Below the pieces are notes generated by a model. The model searched no databases. It saw nothing but the letters and a program-made list of their open reading frames with translations, and was not told the origin of the DNA. From Callorhinchus milii (Eukaryota): a stretch of 64,000 nt of DNA. Below, piece after piece: positions 26,341-39,212 of this stretch. The translations under genes were made by a program, and so were the position numbers. Each line of letters begins with the position of its first letter. The first letter of the stretch is position 1. The stretch covers positions 60,948,001 to 61,012,000 of the forward strand of contig NW_024704742.1 in NCBI RefSeq assembly GCF_018977255.1, in the 5' to 3' direction.

Positions 26341-26874
26341 TCAAGTGCCTTCAATTTGAATGTCATCAGGACACACAACCTTAATTTCTCTTTAACTTAC
26401 TATTTTCATCAATTAAATTAAAAAAACACAATTCCTTACCACTATCCAGCTTTCCAATAGCCACAGAGCAGTTCAGGACATTTGTGACGGTTGCAGAAAT
26501 CTCAGTTTAGGAATATTCACAATCTAACTGAGCAACAATCACCTTGCTGCTTTAATTATATGGAAAAATATTATATTTTTCTATATATATTAATATATAA
26601 GGTACAATAAGACCAATGCCTTGATTTACTGTCACAGATTAATTAACATGAAAGTAAATGTTATACTGTTAAACATCAATTCATAGAATTATAGAAATTA
26701 AAGCACAAAAAAGAGCCCATCAAGTCTAAGATGGTACGAGCTTTTCCACAGGAGCTATATAGTCTATTACTAATACCTTGTAGTCTTGTATCATTTAGCA
26801 AATACATAAAAATTGTGGAGTAAATGATGTCAGCAAGACCACATATTGCTTAGTAAGATTGTAGAACTGTTTTA

Positions 26875-27530
26875 AGAACATAAAAATTTGCTAGGTGAAG
26901 GCAAACCAAGGTCCATCTCATTCGAATTCCACCATCCTCGCAGTCACTTGACATGTCGTATCTCAAACTATATATTGTATCTCAAGATATTATTTTCTAG
27001 CAGAAATCTATCTGATTTGTTCTTGAAACAAACAACATTTTCAGCTTCCACTGTGTTCCTCGGGAGCCTGCTCCATAAGTTTACTATTTGCTTACTGAAG
27101 CAGTGTTCCACAGATTTGTTCTGAATTTGCTCCCCCTTCAATCGCAGGCTGTGTCCTCTGGTTCTACTGTTCAGTACAAGATAAAACAGCTTATCATAAT
27201 CTACATTATCTACTCCCTTCAGAATCCTAAAGTCCGTAATCATAACTATGTCTCTTCTCCGGTGTGAACGTATCCAGTTTATATAATCGCTCCTCATAGA
27301 CCAGTCCCTCCATCCCCTCAATTATTTTGGTTGCCCTCCTCTCAATCGCTGCAATATCCTTTTCATATTGCTGTGACCAGAACTGCACACAGTATTCCAA
27401 GTGCGGTCGCACCAGTGATTTATAAAGTGGCAGGATTACCCCACTATTTTGGCTCAATATTTCCCATTTATTACAGCCCAGCATGTGCTTTGCCTTACTC
27501 ACAGCTACTGAGCACTGAGTTAGGCTGTGC
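26875..27530 (-). mobile_element. CR1 LINE 3' fragment
   Basis: LYKSLVRPHLEYCVQFWS; RTRGHSLRL; NLWSRLP. Confidence 0.92.
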
Positions 27531-30063
27531 TCTCCCTCCCCAACCAATAACCCACAAAATCAAAAGATAGGACCTGAAACAAGACACAGATGCAAGATTG
27601 TAAATGAGCGGTGAAGAAACATTTGGAGCACAAAAACAGATTGCTCTTTGAACCATTACACTCTCTAGAAAAAGTAGCAACAATAGTAGTGTCCTGCTGT
27701 ATAACATTGTGGTGAATGATAACCATATAGTATCACAGTCCTTGTCCAGACACGATCACCCCACCCACTAGGCCTTTGACTTGCAGGTTGAGGACATGTT
27801 TACACCTTCAAGTGTTATTGATGAGCCAAACAGGTTGTTCAATAACTGTTGAAGCCTTGGATTAAAAACCCCTGCCTTGATTCACTGTGGTGTCTTCATT
27901 CCCCCTCTGCAATAACGATATCATTTTAGATATGGTACTCACTTTATTGAAGGGATGAGTGAATCTAGGTTCAGCACTCAGACTGAGGTACACCTGCGAT
28001 GTTTCTTGTACAATAAGCTGCAATTTGAAGGGGAATGCATTGGAAGATAACAGGTTTGAATGACGACTGGTGGAAAAGAATGACAATAGGGCACAGGAGG
28101 CATCTGCTGATGAAAAAAAAACTGAAAACCACAGCGAGGTGTTTGATAACAATTAGTAGATACTTTATTTCAATAATGTGAACTTTTCATGATGATTGTG
28201 CCTGGTGGCCAGTGTTTGAGTTGGTTTGTTCAACCCCTAGATAAATTAAACATGGATACTGTTGCTTCCCAATTGGTACAAATTGCCACCCAGCACCTCA
28301 TTCATTTCTGCACGAAGAGATGCAGCGACAAGATACATTGAGAATGAAATAATGCACTTGTGAAATTCCAACGGGCACATGCTTTTGTTTCCACTGTGTG
28401 ATCTGATTTTTTGTGAGAGCATAATGTGATGGGTTTGTCTGTGTGACATGAAACACTGCGTTCAGACTCACAAACCCTCTGTAGTTTATTGTACTTTAGA
28501 AAGTGGCAACAGTGCAGCTACTTTTCTGTGTGTCTCACTACAAGGTACTGGGTAGAGAATGGTTAGGTTGTGATATTTTCTGCCAGATTCCTAATAACCC
28601 TGCAAGTCAAAGCCCTGCCGTATTTGGAAAACAAAGGGAAGTTCACCACTGTCTGGTGGTATTGCACTAAGCTGCATTATTTTAGCTGATTCAATTTTAA
28701 TAGTATCCCAATGCACACTTTACGGTCACTGATGCCTTGTTCTTTTCCTAACCCCATATCTATGTTCTCTAGCCAGCATTTGGCAAACTATGTCTCCAGG
28801 GGAGAGACTGCACACTCTAGAACTGGCTAATGGAAACTGCTCCTCTAAGTTACAGTCGTGGAATGACAGTCTCTTAAGAATAGCAAGGCATTTCGTACAT
28901 GTTAGACACGTGGCTGACTAAAAATAGGCACAATCTCCAGAATCTATTCATTCCACAACCGCCCTACCTTAATGTAAGAGAACATAATCACAGCAAGGGA
29001 CAGAGCACAATGTGACATGAAACACTGCATTCAGACTCACAAACCCTCTGCAGTCTATTGTACTTTAGCAAGTGGTAACAATGCAGCTACTTTTCTGTTT
29101 GGAATTTTATTTTGGAGACAATGCATTCTTCAGAGGAGAGAAGGTCACATAAGATTTAAAAATAATGAGCAATTGCAATGAACAATCTTGATGATTATGT
29201 GTAATAACACTCAACACTTTAGCAGCTTACACAAATTATTTGTAAACGTCTCAATGGACATAGTATTTGTGTTGACCTAACAACAATTATAGTACGCACA
29301 TTAAAAGAAAATCTTTTTTTCTGAAGCGTATGCATCGTGCTGAACAGCACAGAATCTTTTTTTTCATTTATTTTACAAAATCTAAATTACTGGATAATTT
29401 GGTGCCCTATTGACAAGCTAACATATGCAGCCAACATTCATATATTTGCTGCTAATAAAGAACGACTGCTATCAAGTGCGTCTTTTACAATGCCTTTGAA
29501 GGGAATCTTAGTGCTGCTGTGATTCATGTCATGAGATTCACTCCACTGGACATGATGCAGAGAGAGAGGCCTCTTCTGACTAATGGATGAAACAATTATT
29601 TTCAATACTTTACAGAAAGACATTGTTATCTTCATAAGGTGAAAGATTTGAGGTCTCAACATTATATGAGATGGTAAATGAACAAAGTGCTAACTCACTG
29701 TCTTTAGGCAGCATCAGACAAGACAAGTCAGGTTTCATGTTTCCATGATAATCACAGTTTTTCTCCATTTTCGTATCTAACCCTCCCAGAAAAGCCATTG
29801 ACTGGCAACGGGCAGAATGTATTTTGTCATCAGGTCGATACATCAATATATTCCATTGCCTTTGAAAAGCCAGTTAAGGGAATGGCCTTTTCCCTCATTA
29901 GATATGACATCTTGCTATCCCAGCTATCAAATGCTTTATAAAATATACATACATAATGCCATACTGTTGCCATTCGTCCACTGACACCAGGGCGCCACCA
30001 ATCTGAATAATGATCAAAAATATAAAAGTACTAAAAATGTCATCTTTCTCTTCAAGATTCGCA

Positions 30064-30183
30064 TCAGAATGGATTCAGACGTATTCCCGTGCCTAAAGGG
30101 GAGAAGGGGTTCACTTTTGCCCACATCAGTGCATCGTTGAGTGAGATGGCTGATTTTCCATCTTCAAGGAAATAAACTGGGCC
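30064..30183 (-). CDS. WDR17: WDR17 last coding exon (GPVYFLEDGKSAISLNDALMWAKVNPFSPLGTGIRLNPF*)
   Basis: Recognisable WDR17 C-terminus; TGA at 30064-30066; tttag acceptor. Confidence 0.95.
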   Translation of the reverse strand, partial: GPVYFLEDGKSAISLNDALMWAKVNPFSPLGTGIRLNPF

Positions 30184-30686
30184 CTAAAATAAAGCAAAAC
30201 AGAAATGTTTAACCTTCTTGGGGTTCAGTCACACGGCTGAACTGTACCCATTGCTGAGGGGATGGGGGGAACGGGGCTGGGCAGGGGAGGGAGGGAACAG
30301 CCCCACGGTGAGAGCTTGACAAAATGATAGAGTGGACGGTTTTGACAAATTATCTCAACTTTGCTTCTGCAATATGCAGGTTGAGGGTAAGTGCTATAAT
30401 ATGTGCAAAATTAAAATCCACTCTGCCAAAAAAGGTAGCAATAATGCAGGTAAGTAAGCAAGTAAGATGGCAAATGTGAAAATATCAATGCATAAATTCA
30501 ACATTTCTAACTTTGCATCCTGCATATTCACCCCCTCAACAAAGGATATAACAAAGCATGTTATCATGGGGCTCCACTACAGCACTCGGTGTATAATGCC
30601 CACTTATTGGGCACAAACACATCAAAAAGGTCGAATTTGTGAAATTAGATGACTTATTTTTAAATTAAAAAAAGCTATTTTCCTAC

Positions 30687-30867
30687 CTGTATTCTCAGGC
30701 CTGTGAGGCAGGAGATATGAACCTCAGAATGACTGGGAAGATTTGACCCAGTGACGTAATCATGACCGATCAGTCCTTTGATTGGTTCTTCTTCAATTCT
30801 CTTCAGTAATATGTCGTAGACGTCTCTTTGTGATGCAGGAGGAGTATAAAGAGAATCCTGGAAAGCC
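30687..30867 (-). CDS. WDR17: WDR17 exon (AFQDSLYTPPASQ...GSNLPSHSEVHISCLTGLRIQ)
   Basis: Hand translation, GT-AG, phase consistent. Confidence 0.93.
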
Positions 30868-31784
30868 CTGAGTATAGTTTGTAAATCAATGCTTTGGCAT
30901 ATACACTTTGGGATTTAAATCACAACAATTTGTATTGCATAATGGCATCTCCTTTCAAAAACTAGAATATATCACACCACTGGAAATCTGAACCAGCATT
31001 CGGAGTGGAGTTCCAACATGTCAAATTGATGTACTCCTGGGTACTGGACAGAATCCTATACGTGACTCGGAGTCGCGTTTAAGGACTTCCATTATACAAT
31101 TGCCATAATTCAAAGCCGAATCTGAAAAGCAGCAGTGTGGAATTCAGCAAAGCAGGACATCGCTGTGAGCAGCTTGATTTTATAAAGTGACACTGTACAG
31201 CAAAGGTGCATGTCAGCACAGCCTTTCAGAACTCAAAGCAACCCACTATATCACAAACCTCCCCATTCCTAGTCTGGCTCTCGTCCCTCTCACCATCACA
31301 AACCCAACTCCAAGCTGGTCTTGCTCCCATTTCAGGTCCTACTCCAGATTTCTAGTTAGCTTATACAGTAGGAAGCCCTACTGGAACAGGAATTTATATC
31401 ACCCACTTGATTACATTACTCACAATTTATATTACCCATGTCATGCTGCAGTATTTAGTGTCTGTTAGCTGGTTGGGGAGGGAACAAAGTAATGAATTGG
31501 GCGATGCAGCAGAATTTCATTTATTGCAAGTAGACTGACAATGTGCAGGACACTTTTCACTAATACTCTTGCTCCAATCAATAGAAGGTTCTATATGAAA
31601 TTTAAAACACTTAAACGTTTCCAAACAAAAAGCAACTTAAATGTTGTGAATAGCTTATTTGCTTGCTCTGAGAATGCTCATCTTGCAAGCTCGAGTCTTT
31701 TAATCCACTGTCTTAATGACAGACACTCAATCCTCCTAAAATCTAATTTCAGTTTTCTATGTCGGTTATGTATTACACACTCAC

Positions 31785-31883
31785 TTGTTGGCTGGCTGGG
31801 TGCATGCCCTCCAAGCATCGAGCTCGACAGATAATTGCTCAATCTGAATTGGAACTGACACCTCTCGACGTTTCAGAAGTTGA
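31785..31883 (-). CDS. WDR17: WDR17 exon (QLLKRREVSVPIQIEQLSVELDAWRACTQPAN)
   Basis: Seen in ORF track, GT-AG. Confidence 0.93.
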
Positions 31884-32274
31884 CTGTAATAAGAAAAGCT
31901 CCTTGTCATAAAATGATTGTAAATGAAATCAGCTACCTCGCTCCTAACCTCACGGAGATGACAATGAGTGGATATCCATTGCTGGGTTATCACAACTTTG
32001 CCCATTCCTGTCATCACCAAAACATCTACAAAAGTGCACGTTGCAGTCAATGTCATGGTTTTATGATCAGACAAGGGAACCTTGGACAGTGTTTTTCTTC
32101 CCAGCCGACATTTTCTTTTCCCATTGTGCGCTAGGAGAAGAAGCCCAGTTGAGTACTAAAATGCCACCTGTGGTTGATGGGAAACTTATGAAGTTGTTGA
32201 CCCTTACCATTTCAAATAATTATTGTACATTTGTTATATTATTTAACGGGAATACCCAGTGCATACTGTCCCAC

Positions 32275-32376
32275 CTGGTGTACTCATAGAGTGCAGGAAC
32301 AATACTGCTATAATGTCTTCTAATCGCCAGCAAAGCTGCAATGTAGCCACAGAATATCAACAGCTCATTCCGAACT
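32275..32376 (-). CDS. WDR17: WDR17 exon (VRNELLIFCGYIAALLAIRRHYSSIVPALYEYT)
   Basis: Hand translation, GT-AG. Confidence 0.93.
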
Positions 32377-32886
32377 CTGAAAGACAAGAGGAATCTCCAT
32401 CATATCACATAATTAGGACATGATGGGGGTGCGGGGGGAGAACGGTATTCTTACGGTGAGTTGCCCCTAGGAATCTGCTCTGGAAGAAAAGCCTCCCACT
32501 ACTCCCTCCAATGGAGGGATCTGCTCAACGTCTCCATCTGAAGGCTTTCCCAAGGCCTGAAACTTGTTGCTTGGGCAAAGGCATCAACAAGTCAGGGCAG
32601 CTTTCTAAGTCAGCATGGCGTATTCTGAGTCAGAGCAGCACAGGCAGATTTGGGCTCTCCCCTTATTTAAAAATGAGGATTGGGTGGGGGAAGAAGAGAT
32701 TGCAAAATCTCTGTTTAACAGCATTCATTAAAAAAGGAACAGAATATATTTGGAATGTAATACCGTGCGTTTAATTCCAAAGTTAAATCAACACATGGAT
32801 TTTGGTGACTATCGTTGCAGGATAGTTTTTGACATTCAGAATTTCAGCAATACTTTTATTTTGTACATTTCCTGACACCAACTTAC

Positions 32887-32989
32887 TCACTACACTTGTG
32901 CAGCACCAGCCGGTCAGTGCGGATGTAGCTGAGCAGCCCCAACATCCGATAGAGTATGTCCACGGTCCAATCAGAACTCTTTAGCTGCT
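32887..32989 (-). CDS. WDR17: WDR17 exon (QLKSSDWTVDILYRMLGLLSYIRTDRLVLHKCS)
   Basis: Seen in ORF track, GT-AG. Confidence 0.93.
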
Positions 32990-33786
32990 CTACGGGGTAG
33001 GAAGCAATGCCGTGAGTTACAGTCATGTCACATGGTCTTGCATTTATATCACGCCCTTCACGTAGGAACGTTTTGGAGCGCTTCACAGTGGTAGGGTAGG
33101 ACTGAGTGAGGGAGAAGGAGGAGGTGATCAAGGGAATCAAAAGAGGTAAGTTTTAAGGTGGGATTTAAAACCAGACTTATTTTTGCGCAAGGCAGAGAGA
33201 TAGTAGCAAAGAGATCCAGAGGTTCGGGGCAATGGTGGTGCAAAGGGCAGGATGGCGAACAGGTCTGTGTTAGCTGAGCAGAGGAAGAGAAGTACGAGAA
33301 GCACATTCTTGATCAAATGAGATTTGCACAGTCTTGATCATTGCACTCTGCTCAGGATATGTGCGTGAGTAGCCCAAACACACAAACCTCCCTCCACATT
33401 GAAGCCAGCCATCTGGAAGGAAGAAAAACTAAAAAGCCTAACTAAAAAGAAAAACTAAAAAAACTCGAAAATTCAACTTTGGGCTATATTCTGTTGTATC
33501 TGCCTTGCAGGTCAATATGAATTGAAGTGAAAAATGGGAACGTTCATATCAGATCCGATGTGATTATTGTGGCATGAAATCTATTATCGGAAGGAGTTCC
33601 CGCTCACATTTCTCGATTTAGGGTTAATTTAAGAAGTGCCACACAAAGGCTTCCCCCCACCCCTGCCATTATATATCACCATTTTGTGCCCTACTCTCAG
33701 GAACTCTCTAAGAAAGTTATTGGCTGCATGGTATAAATGATGAGGAGGGCAGCCAATGTTAGACTGAATCAAAACACCTCAGAACT

Positions 33787-34144
33787 ATAATAATAATAAC
33801 CCTTGCATTTGATATAGTGCCTTATCATGTCTTCGAGACGTCTCAAAGCGCTTCACAGAATACACTGCAAAGTGAATTGACTATATATTTGTAGGTGAAA
33901 CACGGCAGCCAATTGCACACAGCAGTGTCCCACAAACAGTCGTGGTATGAAGTGACCAATTTATAAATTTTGTTTGAAGGAATTATTACCCCGGAAACAA
34001 TCTGCAACTGGGTTGCTACTTACAGCTAGGTAAACGGGGATGGGGGGGTGGCGGGAGTAAGGAAACTTGCCTAAGGTTTTGTGCCCCCGGGGAATCGGAC
34101 TTGCTTGCGAGATGAACGCTCTAACCAATACACTACAGGACTCC
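33787..34144 (-). mobile_element. tRNA-SINE, long subfamily
   Basis: Reverse complement of the 3259-3628 type. Confidence 0.85.
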
Positions 34145-34428
34145 ACAAGTGTGCAAGAAGTCAATGAAGTGAGTGAGTTAGAAGTCGACAGAATAAGCAC
34201 AATAATTTACATTTACTTTACACAGAATCTTTCACATTCAAATGGCTTTGAAAAGGCTGAGCGAGAGCTCATGTTGGGAGAGGAGAAGCAATGCAGCTAA
34301 GTTCAACTCTCTTCTGCAACTATGATGTGTGGGATTTCACTGTTTATGAGTTGCCAAGATAACACAGACGGCTAGATATGTACATGGTTATAACAATAAT
34401 TATCCAAAACAATGTACAGGATAACTAC

Positions 34429-34570
34429 CTTTAACATAAAGAAGACCAATCGGAAGGGCTTTTTCTGGTTCAGGGCTCAACAAGTAATATTTCACTGCCT
34501 GGAATACATCCCCATCAGATTTGTGAGATTCAGCTAGTTGGTGGCATTCCTCAGTAGTCGGCAAATTGCA
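34429..34570 (-). CDS. WDR17: WDR17 exon (CNLPTTEECHQLAE...KYYLLSPEPEKALPIGLLYVK)
   Basis: Hand translation, GT-AG. Confidence 0.93.
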
Positions 34571-34852
34571 CTGTAAAAAAGATTTTCACACGAGATATTA
34601 AGGTTAGAGTTATGTTATAGAAATACAGCATACAGTTACAGCATGGATGCAGGGCATTCATCCCAATAGATCGTCCCAGGGTTTAAACTCCAAATGAGCC
34701 TCCACACCTCCCACTCCTTTCTTCCATAACACTCCCATTCTCTCCCATGCGTTCACCAGTAATGTCACAGAAGAAAAACAAGAAGCCCCATCATTAAACT
34801 TGACAATAACTGAAAGATTAAGAGGATTTTTTTCAAGCATCTTATCATGTCT

Positions 34853-36735
34853 AACAACAACAACAAGATTACATTTGTATAGCGTCTTTCACCTCGGGAG
34901 GACGTCTCAAGGCGCTGGACAGTGTACAGCATTTCAGACCTGAGCTGGGGTCAAGGGGCAGAAGGGAGAGGAGGGGAAGGGAGGTGGCTAATGGCATGGT
35001 CGAAAAGGAGGGTTTTGAGGCGGGACTTGAAGGAGGCTAAGGAGGGGGTGAGGCGGAGTGATTAGGGGATGGAATTCCAGAGGGTGGGAGCAGAGTGGCA
35101 GAAGGCCCACCCGCCAATAGTGGAGCGAGCGAGGCGGGGAACGTGGAGCAGGCCAGAGCCGGCTGAGCGGAGGGAACAGGCGGGTTGGTAGGGGGTTAGG
35201 AGGTCACAGAGGTAGGGTGGGGCGAGTCCATGGAGGGCTTTGTAGGTGAGGACCAGGATCTTGAACTGGATCCTCTTAAGGATAGGGAGCCAATGGAGTC
35301 GGGCGAGAGTGGGGGAGATGGGTTCACAAAGTTTGGTGCGGGAGAGGACACGGGCTGCAGAGTTCTGGATTATCTGCAGGCTGTGGAGGGAGGAGTTGGG
35401 AAGGCCGACAAGCAGGGCGTTTGCATAGTCGAGCCTGGAGGTGATGAAGGCATGAACAAGAGTTTCAGCGGCCTGAGGGGTGAGGTAGTGGCGGAGTTGG
35501 GCGATGTTACGGAGATGAGGGAAGGCAGAGCGGGTCATGGCTTGAATGTGGGGGAGAAAAGACAGTTGAGAGTCGAACAAGACACCGAGGTTCCTGACTG
35601 GCTGGTGAGTTGAAGTGTGCAACCATGGAGGTTGATGCTGCCAGAGCCTGAGGTGCAGAGGCGCTGGCGCGAGTCAATCAGGAGGGCCTCAGTCTTGTTC
35701 ACATTCAACTGTAGGAAATTTGCCCTCATCCAGGACTTGATGTCCGACAGGCAGTCTGTCAGGACAGCAGTGGTCCTGGAGTTGAGAGTGGAGGCAGAAA
35801 GATAGAGTTGGGTGTCATCCGCATACATTGGAAGTTGACTCCATGTCTGCGGATGATGTCACCACGGGGGAGCATGTAGATATTAGAGAGGACCAAGAAC
35901 AGAGCCCTGGGGGACGCCAGACGTGACAGTGTGGGGGCTGGAGGAGAAACTGTTAGAGGCAACAATGTGGAGACAGTGAGAGAGATAGGAATCTAACCAG
36001 GCAAGGGCAGGTCCGCGAAGATTAAGTAAAGCGGAGAGGTGGTGTATGAGGATGGAGTGGTCGACAGTGTCGAAGGCGGCAGAGAGGTCGAGGAGGACAA
36101 GGAGGCAGAGGGAGCCCTGATCACAGATGTTCAGAATGTCATTAGTGACTTTGACCCGGGCTGTTTCCGTGCTGTGGGCAGAGTGGAAGCCGGTTTGGAG
36201 GGTTTCAAAAAGGGAATGGCGAGAGAGAAAGGAGCGGAGCTGGGATGCGACGACTCATTCCAGGACGTTGGAGAGGAATGGGAGGTTAGAGATGGGGCAG
36301 TAGCTGGAGAGGAGGGATGGGTCCAGGGAAGATTTTTTCAGGAAGGGAGTGATGACGGCTGTTTTTAGGGGGGTGGGAAATGAACCAGTGGACAAAGAGA
36401 GGTTGATGACGTCGGACAGGAAGAGGCCCAGAAGGTGGAGCCGGGAGATGAGGAGAGAGGCGGGGATGGGATCGAGGGAGTGGGTGTTGGGTTTGAGTTT
36501 GCAGACAGTCGTGGTGAGGGAGGAGGGAGAGATAGAGTCAAAAGAGTATAGGGGGGGATGGGTGGGGGTTGGGTCATGAGGGAGAGGTGATGTGGGGGTG
36601 GCTGTGGACGGGGCTGACGTGTCTGAATGTATCCCCTCGATTTTAGATTCGAGGAAGTCCAGCATCTCCTCACAGTTGGAGTTTGAGGAGAGGATGGGCA
36701 AGGTATGGGAAGGTGGACAGAGGATACTAGCCTGT
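34853..36735 (-). mobile_element. 5'-truncated L2 LINE, about 1.9 kb
   Basis: YADDTQLYLS, PISNLPFLS, LHWLPILKRIQFK; (AAC)n tail. Confidence 0.94.
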
Positions 36736-37629
36736 GAGTCTAAATGTCTCACAGGCAAGTATCTCTTTTTGGAGGAAAGTTCAACAATAATTTGCACCAG
36801 CGAGGTCACACAAACAGCCATGAGGTGAACGACAAATTAGGAGAATGGCCAATTTATCTGGCTTGATGGTAAGGACGTCAGCAGAAAGGATTACTGCTGC
36901 AACAATGCATCATCACTTGAGAAAAACTAACTCGTCTCACGATGCACAAACACAGCTCACATTCCCTATTCATAGATGAACAGTGCAATGCTTGGTGAAT
37001 TCTGCTTACAATGATAGGAAGAGTCAACCTTGAAGGATCAAATCGTGACATCGCTATAAACGACGCTATAAATTCTTCATCAAAGGACATCACTGTTCTG
37101 TGCAGCTCTTGGCCACCATCTGGTGGCCACTAATGATTTATGGAATATCTCCGTTTTTGCCCAAATAATTGTTCAACCTATTAAAAAAACAACGATTTGG
37201 TCATTCAATCCATGACGGTTTGTGGGACGCTAATGTGCGCAATTGGCTGCCGCATTTCACCCACAAAGTATAGTCAATTCACTTTGCAGTATATTCTGTG
37301 AAGCACTTTGAGACGTTTCAACGATGTGAAAAGGCGCTATATCAAATGCAAGGATTATTATCATAACCCAAACCTCAGAGCACATCGACTGCCCAGTGTT
37401 CGAGAAAAGAGTTAGAGCGGTTAGAATTTTTAAGTTAAAAAAAAACCAAAACAGGAGTGTGTGAACAACAGAAACAAACTTAGAAGCAACAATTGCACAC
37501 AGCTACAGAATCATGGTGCTCCCTTGTAGTTCCTCTTAGCCATTCAAATGAAGTCTATTGTGCAAATCTGTCCATGGCAAAGTGCCCTTTAGAGCCCTAG
37601 AGTGAGTCTTACTTTAGAGCGAGTCTTAC

Positions 37630-37741
37630 TTTCTCGTGAAGGTCATTAACTTCTTCAGTGCTTCCAGGGTATAATGCACACAGTTTGACTATCAGCATCT
37701 CGTTGTCGGGGATCATTGTAAGAAGGTCTGCAGCTAGGTCC
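37630..37741 (-). CDS. WDR17: WDR17 exon (DLAADLLTMIPDNEMLIVKLCALYPGSTEEVNDLHEK)
   Basis: Hand translation, GT-AG. Confidence 0.93.
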
Positions 37742-38541
37742 CTGAAATAGAAATTGTGGTGAAGTTACAACAAAAATGAAATACAATATTGTATTTCAGG
37801 TCTCGTAACATTTTAGAACATAAGGAACTAAAATTTGGTATATTCCATTTCTTAATTAACACAAGAAAACTTTAAGAAATATTGGAAATGTCTCCCCATT
37901 CCCTAATTAACACTGCCTTACCTTCACTCAGGTCATTGCTCTCTGCCTCCAATCCCTACGGCCACTTCTCCTGCTCAGCTGGGCACAAGCCAGAGGAAGT
38001 AAATCAGGAAACCAAATTTATATAGTCGGTTTCCTGATGTAGGCCAGAAATGTGGTAGTAAAGCTCCTGCTGATGTGAAGGGCGCTATACAAATGTAATT
38101 TGTTGTTGTAAATCTATTTAGAGTGTTTTACCTTAGGAAACCTTTTATCTCAAGTTAAAACTCCATATGTGGAACTCTCTCCCTCTATCACCCATCTCGA
38201 CCCGACACGAGTTTCTGCTGTCTGTCCAGCTCAGACCACTTTACCTATTAAAGCTTCGGCTTGTAGAGTTAACAGTTGCCGAGCAGGAAGAATCACTGCC
38301 CCATTGACTATACAGCTGTGGTCTCCTTATACAATAGTGTGTTTTTTAAATCTTAATACAGGTATTGGTTAATAACATAAACATCTGAACAACCATGCAA
38401 AAAAATGCACACACTGCAAGTTCACAGTGGTACAAACAGAAACATCAATGCTCATCATCAGCCATTTGGTGAGATCAGCGAGTCTGCGGATGGTGACGAG
38501 AGCAATAGTCTATACTAACGCTTTAGCAATATTAGCAGTAC

Positions 38542-38562
38542 CTGTATCCAATGTGTGGAAAG
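38542..38562 (-). CDS. WDR17: Putative WDR17 21-nt symmetric microexon (C-FPHIGY-R)
   Basis: gtttttag|CTTTCCACACATTGGATACAG|gtactg, phase 2-2; resembles CFPCVGY recalled from the long human isoform. Confidence 0.7.
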
Positions 38563-39072
38563 CTAAAAACATTATAAAAAAACAGAAGTAAACAAAAACA
38601 TTCATACTCAAAGCACAACAAATGAAGTATATGGTCTGAATAAAACAATCCACACATCATGCACAAAAAACAATTGCTAGATATGCACAGAAATACGAAT
38701 TATTCACACAGTATGAGGTGTCTTTTCAGCAATCGGTTACAGATACGACAATAGTTTAGGGGCCGGGATGCAGTCAGAAAGAAACAAAGAGAAACTCCTG
38801 GGAACAATCTTTTCGTTAGCGCTGTAGCCAATTTGTATATTGCATAATGTCCTGTTATCTGCATTGTTCACTATCTGTATTGCGCTGGTCCCAAGTAGTG
38901 TGGATAATCGGCTCTATATGAACTGTATTAAAGGTGACAGAACATATTGGTTTGGGCTTGCAAAATCAAAGCTGAAAGTCAGCGACTGATATACAATTTT
39001 TGTCATCATTGTGAGGCGGAAGCCTCTGCGTATAATTTAAAGTTGTTACCTTCAGCAGCAGGGCGCACTCAC

Positions 39073-39212
39073 CACGTTGTTGCTGACATGCACTTCCGGG
39101 CTAGAAGTTCCAGTGCATAGTTAGTTACACGTCCTGCAGAATCTCCCAGCACAGTTCCCAAACAAACCGATAACTCCAGCTCATTCCCACGAATCAGACT
39201 TGACATCGCAAG
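39073..39212 (-). CDS. WDR17: WDR17 exon (LAMSSLIRGNELELSVCLGTVLG...LLARKCMSATT)
   Basis: Hand translation, GT-AG. Confidence 0.93.

Noticed and set aside
34853..36735. Active or domesticated reverse transcriptase gene
   Set aside because: 5'-truncated and split across frames; ordinary L2 debris
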